DNA of 64,000 nucleotides, from assembly GCA_964291295.2 (NCBI GenBank), contig OZ219754.1:1152001-1216000 (forward strand), written 5' to 3'. Every line of letters begins with the position of its first letter. Positions within the stretch are counted from its first letter, which is position 1. The translations under genes were made by a program, and so were the position numbers. Under the pieces are notes generated by a model that was not told the origin of the DNA, searched no databases, and was given only the letters and a program-made list of their open reading frames with translations. The DNA is from an uncultured Candidatus Binatia bacterium. Its GTDB lineage: Bacteria; Desulfobacterota; Binatia; UBA9968; JAJDTQ01. Of the stretch, positions 29,870-39,250 are shown piece by piece.

Positions 29870-30119
29870 AGGGGCGTCCGCACGCGCGCCGGTTTCCAGG
29901 CAGCGGTCTCGTCCTCTCCATGGGGGGCGATGAAGACTGTCGGCGGACCGGCCGACCGGGGCTGATGAGGCACGGTGCGGATACCCGATGCGGCGAGCCT
30001 GGCGGTTGCCGTCTCCACCGTCTCCTTTTCCCGTGCCGCCGCCTGTTGGATACGTGGACAAGCGTTGCCACGGTGTATTCGTTGCCGCAATGTATCGCGT
30101 GAGATACAATTGACCCGTG

Positions 30120-30411
30120 ATGGAAGTCCGTCAGACCGAAGCCCATCACGGATGGTTCCGGAGGCTCCGGACAGGCGGGCGAGGTCGCGGATTCTCATCC
30201 GAATCAAACGACTGTCGGAGGGCACGTGCGCCCGGTGGGCGGAGGCGTCTCGGAACTTCGGATCGACCATGGACCGGGATATCGCGTCTATTTCCTTGTC
30301 CATCAAGGAAAGATCGTACTGTTGTACGGTGGTGACAAGAGCAGCCAGCGGCAGGACATCGAAAGGGCCCGCAGTCTGGCGCAGGGGTTGGTAAAAGGAG
30401 GGAACTCATGA
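30120..30411 (+). pseudogene. Frameshifted RelE/HigB-like addiction-module toxin
   Basis: Three frames join into MEVRQTEAHHGWFRRLR / DRRARSRILIRIKRLSEG / VRPVGGGVSELRIDHGPGYRVYF...LLYGGDKSSQRQDI, with shifts near 30170 and 30224. Confidence 0.85.
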
Positions 30412-30857
30412 AGGGATCTCGAAGACAGGCCGCTGCCGGCAGGACGCAGACGCGTCCGTGGGACCCCGCCGACTACCTGGGGGACGTGAGCGATGTCGTG
30501 GCGTATCTGGAAGCCGCGTTCGAGGACGGCGATCCGGGCGTGATCGCCGGAGCGCTTGGCGACGTGGCCCGCTCCAGGGGAATGACCGCTGTCGCGGCCA
30601 AGTCCGGATTGGGCAGAGAGAGCCTGTACAAGGCACTCTCGCGCGACGGGAACCCGAGCTTCGTGACCGTGCTCAAGGTTCTGGATGCCCTGGGTCTGCG
30701 CCTTCGCCCATCGGTGAGCGGTCCGGCAACGGCCGTGCCGGTAAGGGTTGGGGAAGAGGGATGGAGCGGTGGGTTCACGCCGCCACGTACCAACCTTTAT
30801 GTGCTGAGCGGAGACTCGATTTCGCGCTTGACGATGCGTGCGTCCGACTATCGATAG
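30408..30857 (+). CDS. Addiction-module antidote protein (HI1420-like HTH) with C-terminal run-on
   Basis: WDPADYL...YLEAAFEDGDP...ALGDVARSRGMTAVA...RESLYKALSRDGNPSFVTVLKVLDALGLRL; AGGAGG RBS; ATGA overlap with the toxin stop. Confidence 0.9.
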   Translation: MKGSRRQAAAGRTQTRPWDPADYLGDVSDVVAYLEAAFEDGDPGVIAGALGDVARSRGMTAVAAKSGLGRESLYKALSRDGNPSFVTVLKVLDALGLRLRPSVSGPATAVPVRVGEEGWSGGFTPPRTNLYVLSGDSISRLTMRASDYR

Positions 30858-30888
30858 TGGGTTCCCGAAGACCGACGAGGTCGAAGCG

Positions 30889-31503
30889 ATGAAAGGTGCA
30901 GAGTATGTGAAGCTGATCGCCGATGCCCGAGCCTTTCGGCAGTCTGCTTGGTTGATCGAGCGCGAGATAGACCGGTTGCAGGTCAGGCAGGGGGATCTTT
31001 CGCCGGTCGGGGGTTCGACTGGATGGCCGTCGCACAGCGTATGGGAAGCCCTGAAGACGGCAAGTCACTTCAACCTGTCGATTTCCCTGGAACTCCGGTT
31101 GAAGTGTTTGCTCCGTCTGCACGACATCTTGCCTTTGCAGGGTCCTTCCGGGCATTGCCTCGCCAAGCTTTACTACCAGTTCGACAATCATGGCAGTTCC
31201 ACGAAAGCCAAATTGGAGGAGATCTTCCGGACGGTGAACCGCCCCTTCACGCTGGTGGCGTTCTTGAGTACAGACATCCCGGACATCCCTGAAGGTCCTC
31301 GTGAAAGAAGGGTGGAGACATTGGGGGATGTCCTTGCCTACATGGATGAAGACGCACAGTTGTGGAGAAAGAGATACTCATGGGAACATGCTGCCAGCAG
31401 AAAATGGCAGTATTACATTGACGATCTGGAGGCCTTTTTCGAGTTCCTGGACAAGACGGAAAGCCTTGCCACGGAGATGGCGCGACAGCGCGGAATCGTA
31501 TGA
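30889..31503 (+). CDS. Hypothetical protein, HEPN-like
   Basis: SLELRLKCLL...GHCLAKLY...RY pattern is reminiscent of HEPN folds; GAGG before ATG 30889. Confidence 0.55.
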   Translation: MKGAEYVKLIADARAFRQSAWLIEREIDRLQVRQGDLSPVGGSTGWPSHSVWEALKTASHFNLSISLELRLKCLLRLHDILPLQGPSGHCLAKLYYQFDNHGSSTKAKLEEIFRTVNRPFTLVAFLSTDIPDIPEGPRERRVETLGDVLAYMDEDAQLWRKRYSWEHAASRKWQYYIDDLEAFFEFLDKTESLATEMARQRGIV

Positions 31504-31548
31504 TGGCCGCGTACTGAGAGCGTACGACCATCACCCTGCCCTCCTTTG

Positions 31549-32163
31549 TTACGGCACAATTCCCACCAACACGAGAGGAACCGCAGGGACACTTCGCCCT
31601 TGTCGAATCACGTTGAGCAGGTCACGTTCGTAGTACGGCACCCCGCTGGACATTTCACGCTCCAGTTCCTTCATCGGTAACACTTCAATCCCCACATCAA
31701 TAACATCCGACACGTAGAAACTCAGGTGCTTGACGAACAAATCGTGAGCGACAAAGGCATATTTCCCGAACTGAATCTCAACGGCGACCCTGTCCTTCAC
31801 GAAGTCCGTCTGGTTGTATGACCTGATAGGAACAAGACCCGCAGCTTCGATCCGTTTTCGCTGCTCGTCTCCCGGCAGATCATGAATGTCGCGTAGCAAC
31901 TTTTCGTCGCTGGTCACCCAGAATGTCCGGTGTCTCTCACTCCATCCCCGGTTCTCCAGGCCGGATTTGAACGCCTTGTTCATATCCGCTGGGGAATAGA
32001 GAACCTGACCTGCCATAGTCTTCTCTCGTGACACCTTGTTTCGGCATGCCTCGGCGTCCACTTCGGCGACCACCTCCCGTATCTCCTGCCACAGGTCCGG
32101 ATGGTGGACCAGAAGATACTCGTGCCCGTTGAGGTGAGAATAACGGGCTGCGATACGCATCAT
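31549..32163 (-). CDS. BglII/BstYI-family type II restriction endonuclease
   Basis: YSHLNG, NQTDFVKDRVAVEIQFGKY (D...ExQ active site as in BglII), DVGIE, MSSGVPYYE, VPLVLVGI. Confidence 0.9.
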   Translation of the reverse strand: MMRIAARYSHLNGHEYLLVHHPDLWQEIREVVAEVDAEACRNKVSREKTMAGQVLYSPADMNKAFKSGLENRGWSERHRTFWVTSDEKLLRDIHDLPGDEQRKRIEAAGLVPIRSYNQTDFVKDRVAVEIQFGKYAFVAHDLFVKHLSFYVSDVIDVGIEVLPMKELEREMSSGVPYYERDLLNVIRQGRSVPAVPLVLVGIVP

Positions 32164-32989
32164 GCCCCCCGTTCGGCAAGGCTGGATCGTAAATGGGTTT
32201 CCCCATTGGACGGGTACGGAGCGTCCCTTGATTCAGCGCATCCATGCGCTCTTTGGCGATTTCGACGTAGAGGTCCGTAATGTCGCAACCGTAGGGCGTT
32301 CGGCCATGCATTTGAGCGGCTACTGCCGTCGATCCGACACCCATGTATGGATCAAGTATGTAGTCTCCCTCGTTCGTCATTGACAGAACAAGCCGCTCCA
32401 CAAGCTCCACGGGGAACTGACAGGGATGTATCGTTTTTTCGACGTGGTTGCTCTTGACGTTGGGGAACATCCAGACATCAGTGGGATTCTTGCCGTTGGG
32501 GTTGCCGGACAACTTGCCAACGCGTGGCCCCTTGAAGTGCTTCTTGTTGGGGTATTTGGCGGGAACTCGAATCGCGTCAAGGTGCCATGTGTAATCGTCG
32601 CCCTTGGTCCACCAATTGATGGTCTCATACCGTCCCGATAGTCTCCGTGTGCAGTGGAGACCATGTCCGAAGTTCCACACGATGCGATTTCTGAGCTTGA
32701 GCGCATGCGCGCGAAAGATGGGATAAAGGAGGGTGTCAAGCGGGGCAATCTCTCCGTTCTCGACGAAATTCCCTACTTGCCAGCAGATGGACCCCTGCGG
32801 ATGCAGTAGACGCACACACTCTTTGATCACCTGTTTCTGTGTTGCGAGATAATCCTCAATCGGCTCCTTGCCCTCGTAGGATTTGCCGAGGTTGTACGGC
32901 GGGGATGTGACGATCAGTTTGAACTTCTCGTCGGGCAGTTGGGCCATGAACAGGAGATTGTCGTCACAGACAAGGCTTGGTTCAGACAT
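31937..32989 (-). CDS. Beta-class amino (probably N4-cytosine) DNA methyltransferase, with C-terminal run-on into the REase gene
   Basis: TSPPY before HPCQFP and LDPYMGVGST (beta order). The natural end appears to be near 32160 (YDPALPNGG), but no stop is present there. Confidence 0.88.
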   Translation of the reverse strand: MSEPSLVCDDNLLFMAQLPDEKFKLIVTSPPYNLGKSYEGKEPIEDYLATQKQVIKECVRLLHPQGSICWQVGNFVENGEIAPLDTLLYPIFRAHALKLRNRIVWNFGHGLHCTRRLSGRYETINWWTKGDDYTWHLDAIRVPAKYPNKKHFKGPRVGKLSGNPNGKNPTDVWMFPNVKSNHVEKTIHPCQFPVELVERLVLSMTNEGDYILDPYMGVGSTAVAAQMHGRTPYGCDITDLYVEIAKERMDALNQGTLRTRPMGKPIYDPALPNGGHDAYRSPLFSPQRARVSSGPPSGPVAGDTGGGRRSGRRGMPKQGVTREDYGRSGSLFPSGYEQGVQIRPGEPGME

Positions 32990-33029
32990 CATCATTCCCC
33001 CCTTGCGGCGGCAAGGCAACGTCGTTCCT

Positions 33030-33292
33030 GACGACCAAGTCAACGTACTTGTGCCGCAGCCCCTCGAACAGGCTGGCGACGAACTCCATACGAGTCAGAG
33101 TCTCCTCGGAACGGAGGTTGTGGCACCCGGCGAATTCGTTGAAATACCGGCCGAGGTGCTCCATGCTCGTCTCGTTGACAGGTGTCGTGGCAGCCCCGCT
33201 TCAGCGCAACCCAAAAGGACTCAACGCCGTTGGTATGGGCCTGCTCGTCCACGTAATCGCCGATCGAGTGCTTGGCGGACTGGTGATTTTCC
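33030..33292 (-). pseudogene. IS1595-family transposase C-terminal fragment (frameshifted)
   Basis: KHSIGDYVDEQAHTNGVESFWVALKRG, then in another frame HLGRYFNEFAGCHNLR...KYVDLV; typical DDE_Tnp_IS1595 HTNxxESFW...LKR...HLxRY. Confidence 0.82.
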
Positions 33293-33666
33293 AGGAGCTT
33301 GCGTCACAGGAAATTTTCTTGAGGCAAATTTTTTTGAGGCAGATATCTGCCAGAATCCCACTTGGTTCCCAATTCGTGTCGAATAATGGGAAAAGGCTGC
33401 ACATTTCTGGAATTCTGGAATGAAATCCGGACATTTCCTCCCACCAACCACCTCCTGAAATGTTCTGCGACGCACACTTCCTGGCAGGGCGGGACACCCG
33501 AATTTGATTTATTCCTATTCAGGTTTGGTTGTTTTGTCAACCTGCACACCCTGCAGAGGAGACTGAGGTCGCCACTACCGTTGATGCCGGCTTGGATAAA
33601 CTGCCATATAATTCAACCCCCAATTCACCCCCCCCCTTCTGAGGGCGTGCCCGGGAGTCGGGTGGG

Positions 33667-34322
33667 TCACGGCGGTTTGGTTCCCTCGCTGAGGATGGCG
33701 AGGCAGCGCCCGTAGCCGAACAGGCGGTTCCGCTTTCTTCCGGTCAACTCCTGCGCCACGTCCATCTCCCCAAGGAGCTTAATGCCGGCGGAAGCGGCTG
33801 GAAACGACAGCTTGGCGCCATCGACCAGCTTCTGGAGCGAAAGGATCGGACGCTCCTGCAACGCCTGATGGACGCGCAGCGCCGACCCTGCGGCGCGGCC
33901 TTTCTGCCGGATTCGAACTTGGTCCTGCTCGAGCAGCGACAGAAGCCGTCATGCAGTCTCCGCAGCCCGTGTTCCAGCGCCATCACGTAGTTCGAGACCT
34001 CGACGACGTCATCGAAGGGGACGCCGGGTGCCTCGTCCATCTCGAACAGCAGGAGGTCCGACAGCGAAGACTGCGTGCCCTCGATCTGCGACGACAGCAC
34101 CGCCTCCTTCCGGACGTAGCGGTAGAGGAACAGGTGGGTGTCGGGGAGCAGGGTCGAGAGAGCGTCCACCCCGCCCAGTGCCAGCAACGCCCTCTCCAGG
34201 GGGCCTTGCAGGGACGACAGCTCCAAGGCAGGCTCCGGCGGCAGCCTCGAGGGCACGAACGCCCGGACGGTCTCGCCGCCCACCGTCGCGGCTTCGTATC
34301 TGCCGGTTTCACCTCGCTGCAC
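33667..34322 (-). pseudogene. Fic-family protein with the catalytic core deleted
   Basis: Fic N-terminus (AFVP..LPP, RKEAVLSSQIEGTQSSL, EVSNYV) is joined out of frame near 33942 to the C-terminal wHTH (GSALRVHQAL...ELTGRKRNRLFGY). No HPFxDGNGR motif. Confidence 0.85.
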
Positions 34323-34558
34323 TGGGGGGATGTCCTGTTAAGCAAAGCTGGATAGTGTTGGCTGTTGTCAAGATTTATAGTTCAATTATTAAGTCAGCAA
34401 TACGACAGAATCCGGTGCAAGTCCATGACGGCACCGGCCGGCTGGTTCGGCACGGCGGCGGCCCATCCGAAGCCGGGCCCCGACCGGGCCCCGGCAACCT
34501 TGAAGGCTCCGCCGGGACCGTGATAGGGTTCTTTCATCACTTGTCGAAGGCAACCGGA

Positions 34559-36013
34559 ATGCATGAACGAAATCATCTGAAACGGGTTCTCCCGGGTTTT
34601 CTGTCCGTGCTGCTTCTGGGCGGCTGTGCGGCGCCCACCGGGGAGCGCTCGAGGATCCCCCGGCTGAACGACCTCACCAGCGCGGTCGCGGACCTGTTCA
34701 ACCCCGCCCCGCGCTCCAGCACCACGGACACGGCCGCGGCGCTGTACCAGGACGGCATCGACTATTTCAACAGAGGGCGTTACGCGCGCTCGATATCGTT
34801 CTTTCAGAAGCTTCGGGACGAGTATCCTTTCAGCGACGAAGCTGCGGACGCCGAGTTGAAGATTGCCGAGGCCTACTATCTGAACGAGGAATACATCCAG
34901 GCGGACGAGACCTACAGGAACTATCTCACCTACCAGCCTACGGGGCAGCACGTGCCCTACGTCAAGTACCAGCTTGGACGCGTCAACCTGGCGCAGTTCA
35001 CCGGTATCGACCGGGACCTGGAGAAGGTCCGGGAGGCCCGGGGCTTCTTCGACTCCGTGGTCAAGGATCATCCGGAGTCCGAGCATGCGTCGGACGCCCG
35101 CAAGCAGCTTGCCGAGACCCGGGCTCACCTGGCGGAGCGGGAGTTCTACGTCGGCGACTACTACGTGAACGAAGATCGGTATCCGGCGGCCCGCGAGCGC
35201 TTCGAGATCGTGTTGCGCGACTACGGCGATACGCCGGCGGCGCCCCGGGCGCAGGCCGCGCTGGCCGCGATCCCGGCGGCGGATCAGGGCGACGCGCAGA
35301 ACCCGGTGCCTCCGACTCCGCCGGTGACACCGGCGGAGCCCGCCCCGGAGCGCGGCGCGGCGGAGCCGCCGTTCGTCACCAAGCCCGGCTACGACTACGA
35401 AGACCCGTACCAAAGGACGTGGTACAGCTACCTGAACCCCTTCTCGTGGGGTGGCCGGAGGGAGCCGCCGGCGGAGCGGACGGCCGCGTCCGCGCCGCCA
35501 GCCCGCGCCGGTGAGACAGGGACTTCCTCCGAAGAAACCGCGCCTCCCGAAAGGAAGAGTTGGTTCGGCTTCCTCAACCCGTCGTCGTGGTTCGACGATG
35601 GATCGGAGAAGCCCGCGCCGCCGACGCCCGCCGAAACGGTTTCCGCCAAGGCGGTGGTGGAAGGCGTCGACAGGACGCTGGGGACCGGGGAATCGTCAAG
35701 TGATGACGCGCCGACACCTCCGGTGAGCAGCCTTCCGCCGGAAGAGAAGGACACGGGCCCGGTTCCGGATGACCCGGCAAAGGTCATCCGGAACATCGAT
35801 ACCCGGCTTGGCACTGCGACCGCGCCGGACGACGTCCCCCCGGTGCCGGCTGCCGATCCCGCGCTTTTCTCGGCCAGGAAGCCCGCGCCCGCCGCCGAAG
35901 AAACCGCCGCTGCCGAAGAGACCCGATCCGACCTGCTGGATGAAATCGACCGCCAGCTCCGGAGAGAAGGGGTCGACAGTTCGAAGCTTCCGCCTCCGCC
36001 CGCGTCACCGTAA
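34559..36013 (+). CDS. bamD: Outer-membrane assembly lipoprotein BamD with a long Pro-rich C-terminal extension
   Basis: Lipobox LLGGC; TPRs LYQDG..YF, YPFS..A.L..A.AYY, YVKYQLG, DRD, HLAEREFYVGDYY...Y.AA..RF. Confidence 0.85.
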   Translation: MHERNHLKRVLPGFLSVLLLGGCAAPTGERSRIPRLNDLTSAVADLFNPAPRSSTTDTAAALYQDGIDYFNRGRYARSISFFQKLRDEYPFSDEAADAELKIAEAYYLNEEYIQADETYRNYLTYQPTGQHVPYVKYQLGRVNLAQFTGIDRDLEKVREARGFFDSVVKDHPESEHASDARKQLAETRAHLAEREFYVGDYYVNEDRYPAARERFEIVLRDYGDTPAAPRAQAALAAIPAADQGDAQNPVPPTPPVTPAEPAPERGAAEPPFVTKPGYDYEDPYQRTWYSYLNPFSWGGRREPPAERTAASAPPARAGETGTSSEETAPPERKSWFGFLNPSSWFDDGSEKPAPPTPAETVSAKAVVEGVDRTLGTGESSSDDAPTPPVSSLPPEEKDTGPVPDDPAKVIRNIDTRLGTATAPDDVPPVPAADPALFSARKPAPAAEETAAAEETRSDLLDEIDRQLRREGVDSSKLPPPPASP

Positions 36014-36058
36014 GCCGTGCCCGGCGCACCGGACGGCTGTGCCGTCCGGTCGCGTGGC

Positions 36059-37339
36059 CTACGGACTGAACTCCGAGCCCCTGCCCATGGACCGGGCCAG
36101 CAGCGCCTCGGCAAACTTGTGATCGTAGATGGACCGTATGTGGTCGGTCTGGGCCCTGGAGTTGATGACCTGGGCTTCGGTAATCTCGATGATCGAACCG
36201 ACGCCGACCTGGTAGCGGCCGTTGGCCAGATCAAGGTTTTCCTTGGCCGACTTCTTTTGCGCGTCGTTGGCCTTGATCCGTTCACCCGCCTCCAGGAGAT
36301 TCAACAGGCTTTCCTCCACCTCCAGGGCGATACGCTGTTGTTGCTCTTGCAGTTGAGCCTTGACGACGGCGTGGTCGCGGACGGCTCTCTCGATCTCGGG
36401 CTTGAGAGTGAAACCGTTGAACACGGGAATGTCCAGGGTGAGCATCGAACTGATGATGTCCTGGTCGTTGTGCCACCGCCAGCCGTATTGTCCGGTAAAA
36501 CGGAGGCTCGGCATGCGGCCGAGCTTGGCCAGGTCGATGGCCTCCTGCCGGGCCTTGAGCTGGGACCGGAACTCTTCGATCTCGGCGCGCGATTCGAAGG
36601 CGGCTTTCACCGCGTCGTCCAGTGACAGGGGGGATGGCCGGACATGGACGTCGCTGGCCACCGGACGCTCCGGAAAGTTCGTCACGCCCATGGCGCTCTT
36701 GAGCCGCGCCCATGCGATCTTGACCCCGTTCTGGGCGCTGATGAGTCCGGTCTTGGCGGCAAACAGGCTTGCCTCCGCGCGGGCCACGTCGATCTTGGGG
36801 CGCGTGCCCACCTCGAAGAACCCCTGGGCCTGGCGCACCAGGGTTTCGCGGTCCTTGACCGTATCCTCCTCCACCCGCACCAGCGCCCGGGCCCGGAGGT
36901 AGTTGTAGAAGCCTCGCCGCACCGCAAGCACGATGTCTTCCTCCGTCATCTTCTCCCGGAAACGCCGGGCTTCCAGCGTGTCCTGCTCCAGCCGGACGCG
37001 GCTCTCCCGGCGCCCGAAGTCGCTCACGAGCCATTCCACCTGACCGACGGAGGCCGAGAGGTTCTTGTGCCTGTTCACGTTCTCCGTGGCGGGATCGTTC
37101 TCGTACAAGCCGCGGATTCCCACCGTGGGATAGAAATTGGCCTTGGCCCTGGCAAGCACGGCCTCCTGAACCTTGACCCGTTCGCTGACGGCGCGGATTC
37201 CCGGATGGTTTTCCAGGGCGGTGCGCTCGGCTTGTTGCAGAGTCAGCACTGGCAGATCCGATGGCTGGCCGTAGGCGGCATGAACCATCCACAGCATCGT
37301 CAACATCCCGATTCCCAGTACCGCGGTGCGGTATCGCAT
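36059..37339 (-). CDS. TolC-family outer-membrane efflux protein
   Basis: Signal peptide, LTLQQA...ALENHP, two OEP repeats, RYQVGVGSIIEITEAQ; AGGAGG RBS before ATG 37339. Confidence 0.9.
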   Translation of the reverse strand: MRYRTAVLGIGMLTMLWMVHAAYGQPSDLPVLTLQQAERTALENHPGIRAVSERVKVQEAVLARAKANFYPTVGIRGLYENDPATENVNRHKNLSASVGQVEWLVSDFGRRESRVRLEQDTLEARRFREKMTEEDIVLAVRRGFYNYLRARALVRVEEDTVKDRETLVRQAQGFFEVGTRPKIDVARAEASLFAAKTGLISAQNGVKIAWARLKSAMGVTNFPERPVASDVHVRPSPLSLDDAVKAAFESRAEIEEFRSQLKARQEAIDLAKLGRMPSLRFTGQYGWRWHNDQDIISSMLTLDIPVFNGFTLKPEIERAVRDHAVVKAQLQEQQQRIALEVEESLLNLLEAGERIKANDAQKKSAKENLDLANGRYQVGVGSIIEITEAQVINSRAQTDHIRSIYDHKFAEALLARSMGRGSEFSP

Positions 37340-37620
37340 AAAGACCTCCTTGTGGTGCATGCTCTCCGCGGATTCTCCTTGTCCCCGGCTCTCACATTGT
37401 TTCTATACCAGCCCCGCCCCGTGCGACAAGGAAGACACGAATCCGGAGACCCGCCGCACGGTCTGTACGAACGGTCCCGGCGCGAGGATGGTGACAGCGT
37501 GGAGACAGCGCAAGACGCCGCGAAAACAACAGCAAAAGACATGCCACGCTCCGCGCGTCCCGCGGTCGCGTTACACCTTCGTGCCATGTCTGGTAAATTC
37601 CTTTGCCAGGACCATCGGAA

Positions 37621-38397
37621 GTGCAGCCACTGGAGGACAAGATCGCGCTGATCACAGGCGCGGGCAGCGGCATCGGCCGATCCGCGGCCCTGGCGCTGGC
37701 CCGGGAAGGTTGCCGCGTGGTGCTGGCGGGGCGCCGGGTGGAGCGCCTCGAGCGCGTCGCCGAGGAGGTCCGGGGGTATGGGCGGGACGCCTTCCCGATG
37801 GTCTGCGACGTGGGCTCCCGGGCGGCCGTGGACGCACTGGAGGCTCAGGCGGCCCGGTTGGGCGTGGTGCAGATACTGGTCAACAGCGCCGGCATCGCCC
37901 CCGCCGCCAGTTTTCTGGAGATGGAGGATGCGCTGCTGGAGGATGTGTTTCGGGTGAACTTCATGGGCACCTACTACTGTTGCAAGCGATTCCTGGAGCC
38001 CATGATCGGCGCGGGCTGGGGCCGCGTCGTCAATATCGCTTCCACCACGGCCAAGACCGCGTATCCGTACACCGCCGCCTACACCGCCTCCAAGCACGCC
38101 GTTCTCGGACTCACCCGGGTGATGGCCCTGGAGACCGCACGCAAGGGCGTCACCGTCAACGCCATCTGTCCCGGATATGCGGACACCGGGCTCACGCGGG
38201 AGAACGCGCGCCGCATGGCCGCCAGGGTCGGCGGCACGGTGCCGGCGGTGCTCGACCGCTTTGCCCGTACATCGCCGCAACGACGGCTGATGGCGGCGGA
38301 CGAGGTGGCGGAGCTGGCACTGCTGCTGGCGGGCCCGGCGGGCGATGCCATCACCGGCCAGGGCGTCAACGTGGACGGCGGTGCGTTCATGAGTTGA
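37621..38397 (+). CDS. SDR family oxidoreductase (3-hydroxyacyl-CoA dehydrogenase-like)
   Basis: [34 protein letters not shown]. Confidence 0.93.
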   Translation: MQPLEDKIALITGAGSGIGRSAALALAREGCRVVLAGRRVERLERVAEEVRGYGRDAFPMVCDVGSRAAVDALEAQAARLGVVQILVNSAGIAPAASFLEMEDALLEDVFRVNFMGTYYCCKRFLEPMIGAGWGRVVNIASTTAKTAYPYTAAYTASKHAVLGLTRVMALETARKGVTVNAICPGYADTGLTRENARRMAARVGGTVPAVLDRFARTSPQRRLMAADEVAELALLLAGPAGDAITGQGVNVDGGAFMS

Positions 38398-38428
38398 CGC
38401 CGTGAGCGCGGTGCGACAGGACGGTGCA

Positions 38429-39250
38429 ATGGCCTGCGAGAGCTTCGACTACACCGTGGACGGCGGCATCGCCACCATCCGCCTCGACCGTCCCGAACAG
38501 CTCAACGCCCTGACCTTCCGCACCTACGAGGAGTTGGCGGCGTTGACCGGCTCGGTGGCGGCGGACCCGCAGGTCCACGTGCTGGTGCTGACGGGCGCGG
38601 GCCGAGGCTTCTGCTCGGGCGGCAGCGTCGACGACATCATCGGCGAACTGTTGAAGATGGACGGCGGCGGGCTCCACCGCTTCACGCGGCTCACCTGCGA
38701 TGTCGTGCGCAACATGCGCCGGCTGGAGAAGCCCATCGTCGCCGCGGTCAACGGAGTGGCGGCGGGAGCGGGAGCGGCTCTCGCCCTGGCGAGCGATTTC
38801 CGGATCCTGTCGGATCGGGCCAGGCTGGCTTTTCTGTTCGTCAAGGTGGGGCTGGCGGGGTCGGACATGGGGGCCATCCATTTGCTGCCGCGCATCGTCG
38901 GCACGGGGCGGGCGATGGAACTGCTGTCCCTGGGAGATTCCATCGACGCGGCGGAAGCCTGCCGGATCGGCCTGGCCAACAGGGTGGTGCCTCACGACGA
39001 GTTGATGCCGGAGGCCATGCAACTGGCCCGCCGGCTGCGGGACGGGCCGCGGTTCGCCATCGGGATGACGAAGAAGCTGCTGGATCTGGAAGCCGGAATG
39101 GACCTCGACGCCGCCCTGGAGCTGGAGGCCCTGACCCAGGCCCGCTGCATGGAGACCGCCGACTTTCGCGAAGGTTTTCGCGCATTCATGGAAAAGCGGG
39201 CGCCTCGTTTCAATCGGGGGCAGGCGGAGTCGGCGCGGGGAGTTCGGTGA
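38429..39250 (+). CDS. Enoyl-CoA hydratase/isomerase family protein
   Basis: RPEQLNALTF, FCSGG, AAVNGVAAGAGAALALASDFR, DMGA..LLPRIVG, DFREG. Confidence 0.93.
   Translation: MACESFDYTVDGGIATIRLDRPEQLNALTFRTYEELAALTGSVAADPQVHVLVLTGAGRGFCSGGSVDDIIGELLKMDGGGLHRFTRLTCDVVRNMRRLEKPIVAAVNGVAAGAGAALALASDFRILSDRARLAFLFVKVGLAGSDMGAIHLLPRIVGTGRAMELLSLGDSIDAAEACRIGLANRVVPHDELMPEAMQLARRLRDGPRFAIGMTKKLLDLEAGMDLDAALELEALTQARCMETADFREGFRAFMEKRAPRFNRGQAESARGVR

Noticed and set aside
36059-37339. TolC as the dedicated type I secretion channel for the RTX proteins
   Set aside because: No adjacent HlyB/HlyD genes; the link cannot be supported from this window.
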